Origin: Lama glama
Taxonomy: Eukaryota
Direction: 5' to 3'
Assembly: GCA_028534125.1 (NCBI GenBank)
Contig: CM052821.1
Span: forward strand, 55,242,001-55,306,000
DNA length: 64,000 nt
Every line of letters starts with the position of its first letter. Position 1 is the stretch's first letter. The notes beneath the pieces are model-generated. The model saw only the letters and a program-made list of their open reading frames with translations. It did no database searches and was not told the DNA's origin. The translations under genes and the position numbers were made by a program. Shown here piece after piece: positions 27,770 to 40,608 of this stretch.

Positions 27770-28716
27770 TGACTTTCCCGGCAGCCTGGCAGCTCACTGG
27801 GATGCCCTGGGCTCAGCTGCCAGGTGAGAGCGGGGCGGTACGGACCGGGCCCCCAGACGCCCCGCTGGCACCTGGATCTTCTGTGTCCGCCCACGCGTCT
27901 GCCCAGCCTCGTCAGGTGCGTCCTCTGGGCCCGGCTCTGTGCTGCTGGCCTCTGCGGATGCGGTGAGGAGCACAGTTTCGTCCCTGCCTTCGCAGAGCTG
28001 AAGTCCGGGGTAGGGGGCAGACAGACAGACAGACCTACCGTCGTAAACTTAGAGGGGTTTTTGAGAGAAGGTACAGGACCCGGTGAGAGAAGAGGCCGAT
28101 GGCTCTCATTTAGAGACGGGCGCCAGGAAAGGCCTGCGAGGAAAGTGTGTTTACCCTCAGGCCTCGGGGGTGAATGGGGTGTAGTGTTCCAGGGACGTCG
28201 GGGGTAGGGGCTGGCGTGCCGGTGGAGTTGAGGTGAAGCCAGTGTGGTGGGGGCTTGGAGCTAGAGGAGGGGTGTGATGGGGTCCCAGTGAGCGCGGCAC
28301 TCCCTGGGGTGCTCGGTCTGGCCGGGCCATGTCGGGATGAGGCCAAGTGTCCTCCGGGTGTGGGCAGGGCTGTGCCTTTGTCGGCAAGTCGTCATCCCCA
28401 AGGAAGACCCCCGCACCCGTCCCTCCCACGTTGTCTTGTTCACCTTCTTGGGTTGGGAGTGGCCTGGCGCTGCTTACGTAGCTGGCGAGGCCCGAGTCTG
28501 GGGCCTGGAATAAGCCCCTCGAGGTCTATTTGTGGCTGTGACTGGCATCTGGTGTTGAGGAGAAAAGCCAGGCCCCTGGCCCAGAGGGCAGGGAGGTTCA
28601 GGGCGGGGGAGGCACACGGAGGCCCTGCCTCCCCGACTCCGGCGGGACTGAGTGGAGCGGCTTCCTGTCCTGGTGCCGGCCGTCCCGTCTAACGGTCGGC
28701 CTCCTTCTTGTTCCAG

Positions 28717-28770
28717 AGCATGGGCATCTGTTTCGTTGGTAAAAGAAATTTTGAAAATTTCATCCTCCAG
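28717..28770 (+). CDS. TRMU: TRMU exon 6, SMGICFVGKRNFENFILQ
   Basis: ttccag acceptor, CAG|gtaagt donor, 54 nt. Confidence 0.95.
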
Positions 28771-28854
28771 GTAAGTGTTCTTTGATGGAAAGGGATGGAG
28801 TCACGTTTCTGCGCTGGACCTGGATCCATTAATAACGAAGCATTTGTTTTCCAG

Positions 28855-28921
28855 TATTTACAGCCTCGACCTGGTAAATTTATTTCTATAGAAGACAGTA
28901 AAGTTCTGGGAACGCATAAAG
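28855..28921 (+). CDS. TRMU: TRMU exon 7, [22 protein letters not shown]
   Basis: ttccag acceptor, G|gtgaga donor, 67 nt. Confidence 0.95.
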
Positions 28922-30241
28922 GTGAGACGCAACCTTGGGCTGCTTTTCATGCTAAGCTCCTGAGTCCCGGGCGAGTTAGAGCGCTGGGAAACTTGGACAA
29001 GATGCTGACAGTCCTTTCCGCGGCGGCCCGTGAGCATAGACCGCCGGGAGGGGTGCGCGTGGTGACAGGGAGGGCGGTCGTAGCTGTGACTAGGGGGTGT
29101 GTTTTGAGACGCGGTCCCGTTTTACACGTTGCGGCTAACAGAAGAGGACTTCGTCTGGTTCAGGCCGACTGCACTCTGAGTCCTGTGTTACGTCCCTGTG
29201 CGTAGAATTGTTTTCCATTACATGAAGGCAGTGCCAGGCTGCAGAAAAAGTCCATCCTGATGAAGGGAGTTAGGGTGATCTCAGAGCATGAGTGTCATGA
29301 TTTTGGACAGCGTGAAGAGATGGGATCAGAAGGTGGCCCTCCCAGCCCGGGTGCTGCTCCCTCCTCCCAGATGGCTGTGGGGTGGGGGCACCGTGAGCCT
29401 GCACTGGGCCTCGTGGGAAGGAGGGGACAGGGACAGAGATGAGGCAGGCGCGAGAGTCCACAGCCCAGGTGGGAGGACAGAGGTGGGGTCGGTGGGCAGT
29501 GGGGCTGTGCCCTCGGAGCTGATGGTCCAGCGAGGGTCTGACCTGCCCGCAGGGCGGGGCTGGTGCTCAGCCCTGGATGCCTCCTCCTACCCTGGGGCGT
29601 GTTTCTTGGAGACGCCCCACCTTGGTTTGGGCCAGGTGGCTTCCCCTTCCTGTTACTGTTGAGGGCAGTGGGGGTCCCAGAGAGCCGAGTGTTCCTGAGA
29701 CAGGAGGAGGCGACAGCCCTGCTGGGCAGGACTGTGGGGGCTCCCAGCCTGTCCCCAGTGGGAGGCTGTCAGAGGACGCAGGGGAGCTTGGACACCTCGA
29801 TTCCGCCAGGGCCTGTGCTCATGTCACCCACAGGGTGGGGATGTCTGTGATGGGGGTGGGGGTGCACAGAGGCAGTTGGGAGGAATTGGCACAGACAAAT
29901 CGGGGCAGCCCTGATGTCCTGCCCTGAGGAGGTTGGTACATGGTGGGGGGAGGGCGTGCCTGTGAAAGTCACAGGCGCATCAGGGGCTCAGCAGGAGGGC
30001 TCATGGCTTTAACGCAGGGCACTCGGCCCACTTTCTAAAGGAGTTGTCCCTGCTCCTTGTGGCTCAGGCAGCCCCACAGCTGGAACTGCTCCTTGCGTTG
30101 TGTGGGGTACAGCCTAACCCAGCTGCCTCTAGTGGTTCAAAGAGAGCCTCCTGCCTGCTCCACCCACCCTCCTCCCCATCCCACGGGTGTGCTGTTTGAG
30201 ATGGGGCTCACTCCCGCCTCACCGAGAAACTATTTCCATAG

Positions 30242-30342
30242 GTTGGTTCCTGTACACTTTGGGCCAGAGAGCCAAGATAGGGGGCTTACGCGAGCCCTGG
30301 TACGTGGTGGAGAAGGACGGCACCAAGGGTGATGTGCTGGTG
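30242..30342 (+). CDS. TRMU: TRMU exon 8, [25 protein letters not shown]
   Basis: ccatag acceptor, GTG|gtgagt donor, 101 nt. Confidence 0.95.
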
Positions 30343-30784
30343 GTGAGTCAGGCCGGCCGTGTAGACAGATGGGGGAGGTCCGGTTCTCGGTGCTGAGACC
30401 AGGCAGGTGGCCGGAGGGGCCACAGAGCAGCAGTGACGGTGCGACGTCCTCGCCTTTCCCCTGCGTCCTCCCGGGGTCGGCCTGGTGCTTCAGTGCCGGG
30501 AGGAGTTTGTTTAAGGGGCTTATTAGGCTTCCTGTGTGCTGCTCACACAGTTAGTCATCACGCTAGTTCCTAGTAAGTTGATTTTATGAAAGAGGACAAG
30601 ACTCAGGGTTTAAGGTCCAGTGGCGTGGAGGACGCTCCAGTGCCTTGGACAGAGTGTGCACAGAGTAGGCTCCAGCAAGTCACCACTGAGCGGGGGTGGG
30701 GGGTGGCAGAGCCAGGGCCAACCCAAGATGTCTGCCGCAGTGGGGCCCTGAGCTGCTGGGCCCCAGGACTGTCCCCATGCTCTA

Positions 30785-31000
30785 GAGCAGGACTTCACAG
30801 ACGGGGCGGGCTTCCCCACTTTGCTCCCCCAGGGACCTCTAGCAACGTCTGGGACATTGTTAGTGTCACAGCAGGGGGGCGGGTGGGGGGGGACAGGGGC
30901 CGCTGGTACTTAGTGGGTGGAGACCAGGGAGCCCCCATCCCATGACAGAACCTGAATGGTGCAGCCCAGACCTGAATGGTGCAGAGAGCCCAGCTCAGCG
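30785..31000. mobile_element. MER20-like hAT-Charlie remnant
   Basis: tttgctcccccagggacc...caacgtctgggacattgttagtgtcaca...tagtgggtggagaccaggga. Confidence 0.65.
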
Positions 31001-31679
31001 TGCTCGGTCCCAGAGCCAGGGACCTTCTCTTAGACACTAGCAGAAGGGCTGGAGCTCACTTGCTGGTTCTGGGACGTCTCCTTCCCAGAAGAGCCGTGGG
31101 TGTGAAAGCCTGGATGGCGATTGTGGGGTCAGGCGTGAGCCGCAGTGACTGTGGTATAGAGCAGAGCGGTCTCTTCTGCTTTGAGGGGAAAACAGGAAGG
31201 TCGCCCCCGACAGCTGTCCCTGTGGGGCTCCCTGTCCGCTAGAACCCACAGGACCTGCCTCGGGGAGGCACTGGGTCCGAGGAGGCCCCGGAGAGCTGGC
31301 ACCAGCCCTTTCCTCTAGTAGCCCTCTCCCCAGACACTTGGGGCTCCATGGGATCCCCGCAGTGGCCTTGCGTGGCATCCCTATGGAGGCGTGGCTGGCC
31401 CGTGTGCCCCTGGTGCTGGGCGGGTGACTTGAACTTGGAGGAGGGGTGAGGTCATGGGCCGGATCACATACCCCTCTGCTGCTTGCTGAGTGTGACCGTG
31501 ATCAGTGACTTTCCCTCTTGTGCCTTAGTTTCCTCTTATGCAAAGTTGGGGTGCAGGCCGTGGGATAAGCACGTGCGTGTCCACATGTCAGTGCAGCTTC
31601 CATTAGTGAGTGCTGGCTGTTACAGTCCTTAGTAATGAAGTGCAGTGAGGGGGCTTTGGGGCGGGGGACCCTCTTCTGA

Positions 31680-31868
<189 letters not shown>

Positions 31869-32235
31869 TGAGCAGGGCGTCCCGGCCAGGGGTAGGGGAG
31901 GCGGTCAGACCCGGGCAAGGTCCCCGTCGTTCAGACCGTAGAACACACCAAACCTCCTTCCCTCTGCCTGCTCGGGAGCCAGCCCTGGGAGGTGCTGAGG
32001 CCAGCTCAGCCTCCTTTGTCTGTGATGCAGGGAGGGTCTTGGGAAGAGGGTGCTGGGGTGAGGGTCCAGGCTGTAGTGTGTGCTGCCTGTACGCCCAGCA
32101 GGCGGCGCTGGGCCCCTCTGACTGGCCCTGAGCTTCCGTAGTTCCCTGCTCCTTCCTCCCAGGAGCCCGAGGCCTGGGGCTGAGCACACTTGGCAAGGCC
32201 TGTGCCCTCCTCCAAGGGTCCTTCTCTTCACCCAG

Positions 32236-32318
32236 TGCCCTGTGTGCTGACCCTCAATCAAGATGGCACCGTGTGGGTGACGGCGGTGAAGGCTGTGCGG
32301 GGTCTCACCCTGGGACAG
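32236..32318 (+). CDS. TRMU: TRMU exon 10, [27 protein letters not shown]
   Basis: acccag acceptor, CAG|gtgagg donor, 83 nt. Confidence 0.95.
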
Positions 32319-32812
32319 GTGAGGGGGCGCCGGCTCTGCGCTGTGCTCCAGAGGGTATGGGATGCCACACCGAGTCTGAGTCTGCGTGTGGCCTGGACCC
32401 CGGCTCTTCTTAGCGCTTGCTCAGCCTGTGCGCGGGGTCCGGCTTTGCTGTGGAATGACAGCATCGCACTTCCTTCTCCCCAGAGCACATGGTCTGCATC
32501 GAGGGGCTTGGGGGCAGGTGGGGTGCGGGGGCTCAGGTCACACAGCCAGTGACGGGGGGAACTGCGGCCAGCTCTGTGTCGGTGCCCCTTCTCTCCCGAC
32601 TGCTGTGGCCATGAGGCTGTACTGGTGCAGCCACTGGGAGGGCCCGGCTGCCTGTGGGCTGGGCCCTGAGGACGAGGACAGAACAGGGACAGGCAGAGCA
32701 TTGCTTCCCACCTCCACCCTAGACCAGCAGCCGCAGGTCGGGCTCCTTGCTACTCTGCAGGCCCCCGGATGCCAGGTCCGCCTACAAGTGACACAGCCCC
32801 TCTCCTTTCCAG

Positions 32813-32977
32813 TTTGCCGTGTTCTACAAAGGGGACGAGTGCCTGGGCAGTGGGAAAATCCTGCGCCTGGGGCCGTCTGCCTACACACTGCAGAAGGGCA
32901 GGAGCAGAGCCGGAGTGACCACGGAGGGCTCTGGCGACGGCCACGGCAATCGCCCAGGCCTGGGTCCCACACGCTGA
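32813..32977 (+). CDS. TRMU: TRMU exon 11 [32 protein letters not shown]...*
   Basis: ttccag acceptor, TGA at 32975-32977. Confidence 0.95.
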   Translation, partial: FAVFYKGDECLGSGKILRLGPSAYTLQKGRSRAGVTTEGSGDGHGNRPGLGPTR

Positions 32978-33269
32978 TGGAGGCTGAGTGGCTGCTCTGC
33001 TGCAGAGCTCGCGAGAGGACGTGTCGGGGGCAGGGCCCGGGGCTTGGCTGCTGCTGCCAGAACCTGCCGCCCCGGTCCCGACCAGGCCGGACAAGGTTCT
33101 GAAGGCCTCCAGGGCAGGGACGGTCCGTCTCCTCCCCTTGCTGGCTGGTGGGTCTGTCCCAGGCGCCCCATTTAGCGAGTTCCTCTTTCACACCCCCAAG
33201 AGGGTTTCCCACCAGGAGGACACAAAGCGGACCAGGGGCGGGGTTGTGTGGGCTGCAGGGACGGCATCC

Positions 33270-33275
33270 AATAAA
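33270..33275 (+). terminator. TRMU polyadenylation signal AATAAA
   Basis: First AATAAA about 290 nt after the stop, followed by GT-rich sequence. Confidence 0.75.
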
Positions 33276-33707
33276 AGTTGTGTCTGGAATGTGAACTCTG
33301 ACGGCGGCCTCCAGTGGGGTAGAGGCCCGGGCAGGTGGTCTCAGGGGCGCACGGCGCTGGCCTGCCCGACCGTGCGGACACACACGTCGACAGCACGAGA
33401 CAGCGACGGAACCCCCACGCTCCTCGCCCCTCCGTTCACAGCTGTGCCCACCACCTGTGGCACGGGACGGACCTGACGGGCCTTGAGCCGAGGCCCAGCC
33501 TCCTAGGTCACACTCAGTGTGTCTGCTGGGGAGGGGATCTGGAGCCCACCCTGAGGGGCGGCCCCCCTCCGTCTGCATGGCTGCGTCGAGACCACCCCTC
33601 CCCTGCAGAGTGCCCAGCACCTGGCCACCCACGTGAAAGCTGCAGGACTGCAGGGGCCTTCGCTCATGGAAGGATCAGAGGTGGGAGACTGACTGGAGCA
33701 CGTGCAC

Positions 33708-34050
33708 GTGTCTGAGTCTGTTTGGGCTGCTGTGACAAAATACCCCGGACTGGGTGGCTTAGAGACAGCAGGCGTTCATTTCTCACAGTTGTGGAGGCTG
33801 GTGTCTGAGATCAGGGTGCCAGCTCAGTTGGATGAGGGTCCTCTTACGGGTCACTGATGGCCGTCTTCTCACTGTGTCTTCACATGGTGGAAGGGGTGAG
33901 GCCCTTCTGGGACGTCTTGTAAGCACACCAGTCCCATCCATGAGGGCTGGCTCCGCCTCCCAAAGGCCCCACCCCCTAACGCCATGACGGCAGACAGCAG
34001 GATTCTAACCTGTGCATCTCGGGACACAAACACTCGGACCGTTCAGTGCA
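33708..34050 (-). mobile_element. MLT1-type MaLR solo LTR
   Basis: gggctgctgtgacaaaatacc...gggtggcttag...atttctcacagttgtggaggctgg...agatcagggtgccagc...ggggacacaaacac. Confidence 0.85.
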
Positions 34051-37000
34051 CGTGCATGTGTGCACAGGTGTGTCTTGTGGGGAGAGGGTGGCTCTGCCTG
34101 GCAGATGAGAATGCAGACAGACCTTCAGAGCTGGCGTTGGCTGGGGCATTTTGGTCTCCACGGAGTCCCGGGGTGACCGCTGTCCTGCTGTCGGCGATTG
34201 AAAGGCCGGCTGGACTGGGAGGCGGGATGTTTGGAGACGCTCAGCTCTGCCTGCCCCTGCTTGTCCTCGTGGGCTCTGTGCTGCGGGAGGAGCTATCACC
34301 CAGCTCAGGCGGGAAACTGGCCTTTCCTAGGAGGGCCCGAGTCTGCATGCCCCACTGCCACAACTCCCCAGCCCCTGGGCCCAGCCGCCTGCTCTGGGCG
34401 CCAGGACAGGTGAACCTCAGGCTCCCTTCCTTTTACTGGCCTTATACCCAGCACCTTCTTGGTTCTTCAAGCCAGGCTTCTGTGGGGGTTTGAGGTGTGG
34501 TTCCCTGCCTCCTGTGTAGAAGGTTCTAGAGCAGAGGCAGCAGAGCCTCTGATGGGGGAGCTCCTTGGGAGAGACTCTTCCAAGGGCGGGGGGCGTGCGG
34601 AGCTGTGTGCCTCCCTGCCCTCCGAGGCTCAGGAGCCCCTGGTGCTGGGGGGCTGAGCTGCAGGGCCAGCTCTGGGTTGAGGCACCCCAAGTCAGAACCC
34701 CCCCAGGCCGGTCACACAAGGAGGAGCCCAAAGTGGGTGACGGGCACCTCACCTCCAGTGTGCAGGGCCTGGGAGCCACAGTGAGGACTGGGTTCCCTTC
34801 TGAACAGGAGGGGAGGCCTGGGGAGTGGCGGATGTGGTTGAGCGAAAGATCACTCAGGCCTGTGTGAGGTTCAGATGGAGGGCACAGGGGGCCCAGGTGG
34901 GCTGTGGAGGGTTGAACCAGGTGACAGCAAGGACATGGTTGCACTTGGAAAGTCAGACAAAGTGGGTCAGGGAATGGACCACTAAGCCCTTTGTCCTGAC
35001 GCTGTTGGTTGGGTGTCTCTGCTCACCCTGGTCTGCAAAGTGGGGTGTTGTCCAGAGTGGGAGGGGGTCCAGATGCCCTTGGTTCTTCAGCGTGTTTGGA
35101 TCAGGCTGGGCCCCATAGCTGGCTTAGTGGGACCCTGTGTTGGGGTGACAGGCTGTGGTGTGGGGGAGCTTCCAGAGCTGCGCCAGCCCCCACTGCACAC
35201 CCCCACCCAGTGCTGGACGGAATCGGCCCCAGCTCAGTGGTGTCCAGTCCTAGAGCAGCACGTAGACTCCCACTCTGCAGTGGGGCCTGTGAGGGGTCGG
35301 GGGACAGGACATGGACCCTGCCCTGCCAAGTGGGCAGACCGCATGAGGAGGAGGACGCATCTCAGGAGGGACTGAGGGTCCCGGCCCGACCTGCACCAAG
35401 AGCCCCCATGTGGCCGGGGGCCTGCGACAACCGAGCTGTTAGAAACACATAGCTGGTGGGGAGTGAGGGCCGGCGCCCAGAGCAAAGCGTCTTCCTCCCA
35501 CGCCCCTGTGACTGGAGGAAGCCCCAGTCTAAAGAGCTGAGCCCCTCACGTCCCTCCCCTCCCGCTTCCCAGGCCCTTGCCCTCGGCTCACTCCCACCTG
35601 AGGCCCCACCCAGCAGGACGCTTCCCCAGCGTGGGGAGTTGGCCCAAGCGGCCCACCCTGCCACGTGGTCTCTGAGACGGTTCCTGTGATCCAGATGCAG
35701 AATTAGTCCCAGCGAGGTAGGGGGCTTGGGCTGGGCGGCTGCCCCTGCGCAGGTGCATGCTCCCGCCAGGCTGGACGAGGGAGGCCCTGCTCTGCACGGC
35801 CGGAGGCAGAGGGCAGCCTGGCACCTGCTCTCCACGTTGTGCTGGGCTGGGGGAGCCAGACAGGCCAGCAGTGCCCCTGGGGACCCTCTGCCTAGCGTGG
35901 CGGCCAGGCTGAGACACCGCCTTTGTTCTGCCTTCTCGAAGGGCAGCGCAGAGCCTCCCTGGGCTTAGGTTCCCCTGATCTATTGCCCTGGTGGCTGGGC
36001 CCCTCGCCTGGGTACAAGGTCTGAACTGTGGACCCGTGGAGGAGCCTCCGTGGTGGGAGGAAGGGCGGCCAGGGGGAGGTCGGCTTGGGCAGGGGCCAGC
36101 GGAGGGGAGCCCACCCTTCTAGCCTCTGGCCGGCTCTGTCTGTCCTGCCAGCCCGTTGCCAGGCCTCCAGCCAGGATGACCAGTGGATGTAGGTGGGAGG
36201 AGGGGGCACAAAGCTGCCGCTGCCCCTCGGGGCACCAGGCCTCACCCGTGGCTGGTGCCCTCGGCATCCTCCTGCCTGGCAGTGCTATAGTCTATCTGGG
36301 GCACAGCCGCCTCCCGTGCCACTGGGTGGCTCTGGAAGGCCTCTGGGCAATGCCTCAGATTTAGCTGCAGCTGTCGGCCAGGGGGCGCCTTTGAGCTGAG
36401 TTCGTTGGCTGGGACTCTGGCCTCTCCCCACTCCCAGCCCAGCCCAGCCCAAGCACCTGGGGCCACCCGACTCCAGGGCAGTACCCTCCAGGGGACCTTC
36501 AGAAGACCCACTCAGGCCGAGACATGGATGCGCTTCCCCGCTCCTGCCCCGACGGGCACCCGGCTTCCAGGGCCCCGTCACCCTCACCCGGGAGGGAAGG
36601 GCCCAGGGCTGGGTGCCTTGAAGGCACCCAGCCCTGGGACCTTCACACACCTCCTCCCGGCTCTTGATGTGAACCACGCGCTGCCCCCTCTGCCCACATC
36701 GTTTCCAGAGCGTCGCAGCAAGAGCCCAGAGCTGCTCGCGCTTCACACCCAGAAGGCTCTGGCCCGAGGCCCTGAGTCGGTGTCAAACCCCTGGGGCTTG
36801 TCTTCTGTCCCCTTGGGCTCCAGCTGCCTTATGTCCACGTCCCAGGAAGCCTTCCCCACCCTCCGCACACCCCCCACCCCCCCACCCCCTCGGGTGTCTT
36901 AGTAAACCTCGTCCAGAGGGAGGGGGTCCCGGAGCGAGGCTACAGCTGTGATGCGAAGGAGCCATTACACCTGCAGCGGGGTTGGGGGCAGTTTGGATAC

Positions 37001-37899
37001 TTTTGTGGCCTGGACAATGTTTAGATATTCCGTGTTCACACCTGTGTTTTTGTCTTGATCCCGGGAGGTCCCAGAGCGGCCGTGTCTGAGGTTGGTGTTG
37101 AGTGCAATTACCTGTGTCCCCGGGACGACCGCCAGGCCAGGCGGGTGCGCCTGCTCCCCTCCGCCGGGGGCTGCGCTCCTTCCCCAGGGCTTTCCCGTTA
37201 AGCGCTGCTTCTGAGTCGAGGGAGACGTATTCGCTCACGGCCACGCCTGAGCGCTGTGCGCGGTGACCGCTAGCAGGTGGACTGCGTTGGAAGCAAAACC
37301 TGAAGAATGGCCTTTGGGGGTGGGGTGTTCGTGGGTGATTTTTTTTTTCCTTCCTAGACTTGACCCAAGGCTGGCCCCATCTCTGGAGCTGTGTGGCCAC
37401 ACTGGGGCAAGGGCTCCAAGAGAGGCCTGAAAGGAGGGGCCCTGGGGGCTGAAGAGTGTGGGGGATCCCCACTGTTTTTGCTCCCTTAATTTTCCCCAAA
37501 GGTGCCGCAGTTGGGTGGAAGTGTGAGGTGGTGCAGGTGGCTAGAACTCTGGAAGAAACCTGTCTTCCTGGACAGAGGAGCCAAGAAAAGGGGCCCCAGA
37601 AGTTGGAGTGTTGAAGGCAAATCCCAGGGGGGAGACAGCGGCAAAGTGGACCCCAGCTTCCATGTGAGCTGCCAGTGCCACTCGCCTGCATCGTGGGTGT
37701 ACGGAACAGACCCCAAACAGCACATCAGAGGCTCTGTGAGCAGGGCTATGACATAAAGTGCCCTGAGTCCCAGACTCGCCGAGCGGCAGGTCTGCAGGGC
37801 GGAACCAGGGCAGCACAGCAAAGTCACGGCTCACGGAAGGTGAGACAGAGCTTGTGGTCTGAATGTAACTGGGCTGACTGCCTGATAAAACAGGCAAGA

Positions 37900-38540
37900 A
37901 GCAACACCTGCCTCGGGCTCTCAGCAGGCCCCAGAGTCTCCCAGCGTAACATTCAAAACGTCCATCGAGGATTCAGTTTGATCCTTGAAATCAGTCAGCA
38001 TTCAAAGAACCAGGAAAATGCCGAGAGAAAAGAAAACAGAGTCAGCCCCAAGATGACCCAGATGTCCAAATTATCAAAGAATTTAAAGCAGCTGTTATAG
38101 TCATATTCTGTGAGGTAAACACTTGAAATTCATGGAAAGCCAGAAGTCTTCAGCAGAGAAATAAAAATGATATAAAGGAACCAAATGGAAATTTTAGAAC
38201 TTACAGTATTTGAAGTTAGAAAAAAAAAACACTGGATGGGGCTTAATACCAGACAGAGAAAATTGAGGAAAGAATCAGTGAACCTGAAAACTGATCACCA
38301 GAAATGGTCAAATCTGAAGAACAGAGAGAAGAATGGAAACAGATGAACAAAGCCTCGGGGACCTGGCTAACATTCGTGTCCCTGGAGCCTCAGGAGGACA
38401 GGGCAGAGACATCGGTGCGGGGAGAAAGAATTAAATGCTGGCTAATTTAATTAGCCATTAATATTAATAAATATTATTAATTTAATAATAACTGGGTGAA
38501 AGAAGCAAACTTCAAGGTTTCAGAAAACCCCAGATAGGGC
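37900..38540 (+). mobile_element. Old L1M ORF1-region remnant
   Basis: A-rich, gaaccaaatggaaattttagaact...gaggaaagaatcagtgaacctgaa...aatctgaagaacagagagaa. Confidence 0.75.
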
Positions 38541-38689
38541 CTGCTCACCCCGACTGTTGCAGGCCCGAGGGAGAAAGAACAGAAAGTTCCAGAATGATCC
38601 CAGTTCCCCCGGGCTGGTCGCTGGCATCCTGTGCGCGGTCCCTTTCCCATGGCTGCCTTGGGGGGGGGGTTACAGAATCAGCACAGCAG

Positions 38690-39352
38690 AAGTACAAATT
38701 CAAAAATCTTAATTTATTGTAGACTCTCTTCTCATTTGTGTTGTGATTCCAGTGTTCTGAACATCAATAAATACACATTTGTTAAAAAAAACCCTCCAGT
38801 GTCTAGTAGCTCTCTCTCAAGTCAAAAAAAAAGGTTTACATTTTTCCTGTCTTAATAAAAACGACAATTGTTTTTTGGTAACAGGTCTGGTCAAATTAAA
38901 AACTAAATGCACCTCAAGGGGCAAAACCCAGTTGCAAAAGAATAAAGGCTGATACGAATGTGGAGGGGTCAAAGACTCAAAGAGATGACCACCTCCCAAC
39001 TTAGAAAGCGTCTCCTCAGCGGTAAACCCTGGAAGGCACTATTACTTTGTATTTTCAAAAGGCCGGTCACCTGCTAAGGCACATTTATAATTCATTCAGG
39101 TGCGAGGGCTCTGGGATCCCATTTCGTGTGTGCGAAGCGTGTGGCCTTAGACCAGCGTCGTGAGGCAGCGCCCTCAGTCCCTGGCAGCACGCGCACCTGC
39201 ATCAGAAAGCACGGTGTGGAATCTTTGCACGTTGCTTGGTTCCCATCCTGACTTACAGTTTCTCATATTTGGAAGCAGCTGTGCTGGCAATTTATTTGGG
39301 TGCCTGACTGAAGAACGAAAGAAACACTGAAACTAAAACGTGTCTGAATAAC
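38690..39352 (-). other. CELSR1: CELSR1 distal 3'UTR
   Basis: AT-rich; the minus strand resembles my recollection of the human CELSR1 3'UTR end (gagtctacaataaattaagatttttgaatttgtacttc). Confidence 0.8.
38713..38718 (-). terminator. CELSR1 polyadenylation signal AATAAA
   Basis: TTTATT on the plus strand at the end of the conserved 3'UTR. Confidence 0.75.
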
Positions 39353-39852
39353 NNNNNNNNNNNNNNNNNNNNNNNNNNNNNNNNNNNNNNNNNNNNNNNN
39401 NNNNNNNNNNNNNNNNNNNNNNNNNNNNNNNNNNNNNNNNNNNNNNNNNNNNNNNNNNNNNNNNNNNNNNNNNNNNNNNNNNNNNNNNNNNNNNNNNNNN
39501 NNNNNNNNNNNNNNNNNNNNNNNNNNNNNNNNNNNNNNNNNNNNNNNNNNNNNNNNNNNNNNNNNNNNNNNNNNNNNNNNNNNNNNNNNNNNNNNNNNNN
39601 NNNNNNNNNNNNNNNNNNNNNNNNNNNNNNNNNNNNNNNNNNNNNNNNNNNNNNNNNNNNNNNNNNNNNNNNNNNNNNNNNNNNNNNNNNNNNNNNNNNN
39701 NNNNNNNNNNNNNNNNNNNNNNNNNNNNNNNNNNNNNNNNNNNNNNNNNNNNNNNNNNNNNNNNNNNNNNNNNNNNNNNNNNNNNNNNNNNNNNNNNNNN
39801 NNNNNNNNNNNNNNNNNNNNNNNNNNNNNNNNNNNNNNNNNNNNNNNNNNNN
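39353..39852. other. Assembly gap of exactly 500 N
   Basis: Run of n from 39353 to 39852. Confidence 0.99.
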
Positions 39853-40608
39853 CCACCTGTGCAGCCAGCAGCTGGGCTGGGTCCAAGGTCGTGCAGGGGC
39901 AGGACCCCCCCCACTCAAGGGGCAGAGGGCAGAGCCCCCGACTCGGGGGACAGGAGACGCCTGGAGGCTCCATGGAGGGCAAGCTCACGTGCGGACACAG
40001 CCACATTGGCAGGCAGGGCAGGGGTCGAGTGTACCCGACAACCAGGGCCACCTGGAGGGCCAGGCCCATCTGCACCTCCCCCACGAGACACGGAGGATCA
40101 AGATGAACAACCGAACTCCTCCTCTACGTTTTAGGAAGGCTGTTCTAGGAGGCCTGGCTCCCAGTCTTTGCGCCTCCCCTGGACGTCTGTCTGTAAGAGG
40201 GTGGAGCTGTGGGGATCAGCAGGCGTGTCGGGAGCCGGATCCCAGCCCCACGTCTCTGGCAGGGCAACCCGAGCCTCAGTCCCGGGGCAGTAACGACCGT
40301 GGGCCAAGGAAACGATAGGTATAAAATGCTTGGTCCCATGTGGTCTTAAGTCCCAGAATTTCAGGGTTGGACCGGACTTAGGGCTCTGGTTGATTTAGCC
40401 CCTGGGACAGGAGTCTGACCCGAAGCAGAGGCCCACTCCTGGGTGGGAGCCCACCGCAGCCCTGGGCCACCTGCCTGGGCCTCACTCTGTGCTCAGGCCC
40501 TGCCCACAGCCCCTCTGGACTGGGTGCCTGTCCTCTGGACTGGGGACAGAGGGGAGGCTGGCTGGGTGCCGCCCCCATGCCCCTCTTGCTGAGGCCCAGG
40601 CTACTCAC

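Noticed and set aside
30950-30984. Duplicated acctgaatggtgcag
   Set aside because: Small local duplication inside a MER20 remnant with no sign of function
32538-33632. 364-aa ORF antisense to the last TRMU exon
   Set aside because: Non-ATG start, low-complexity Gly/Pro/Arg/Cys composition and no recognisable domain; expected by chance in GC-rich DNA
36783-37691. 302-aa minus-strand ORF between TRMU and CELSR1
   Set aside because: No recognisable homology or exon structure; runs through simple sequence
39263-40084. ORFs spanning the N run
   Set aside because: Artefacts of translating the gap
40283-40300. GGCAGTAAC (G-S-N) resembling the CELSR1 GSNETSI ending
   Set aside because: It is on the plus strand, opposite to CELSR1, and the match does not continue
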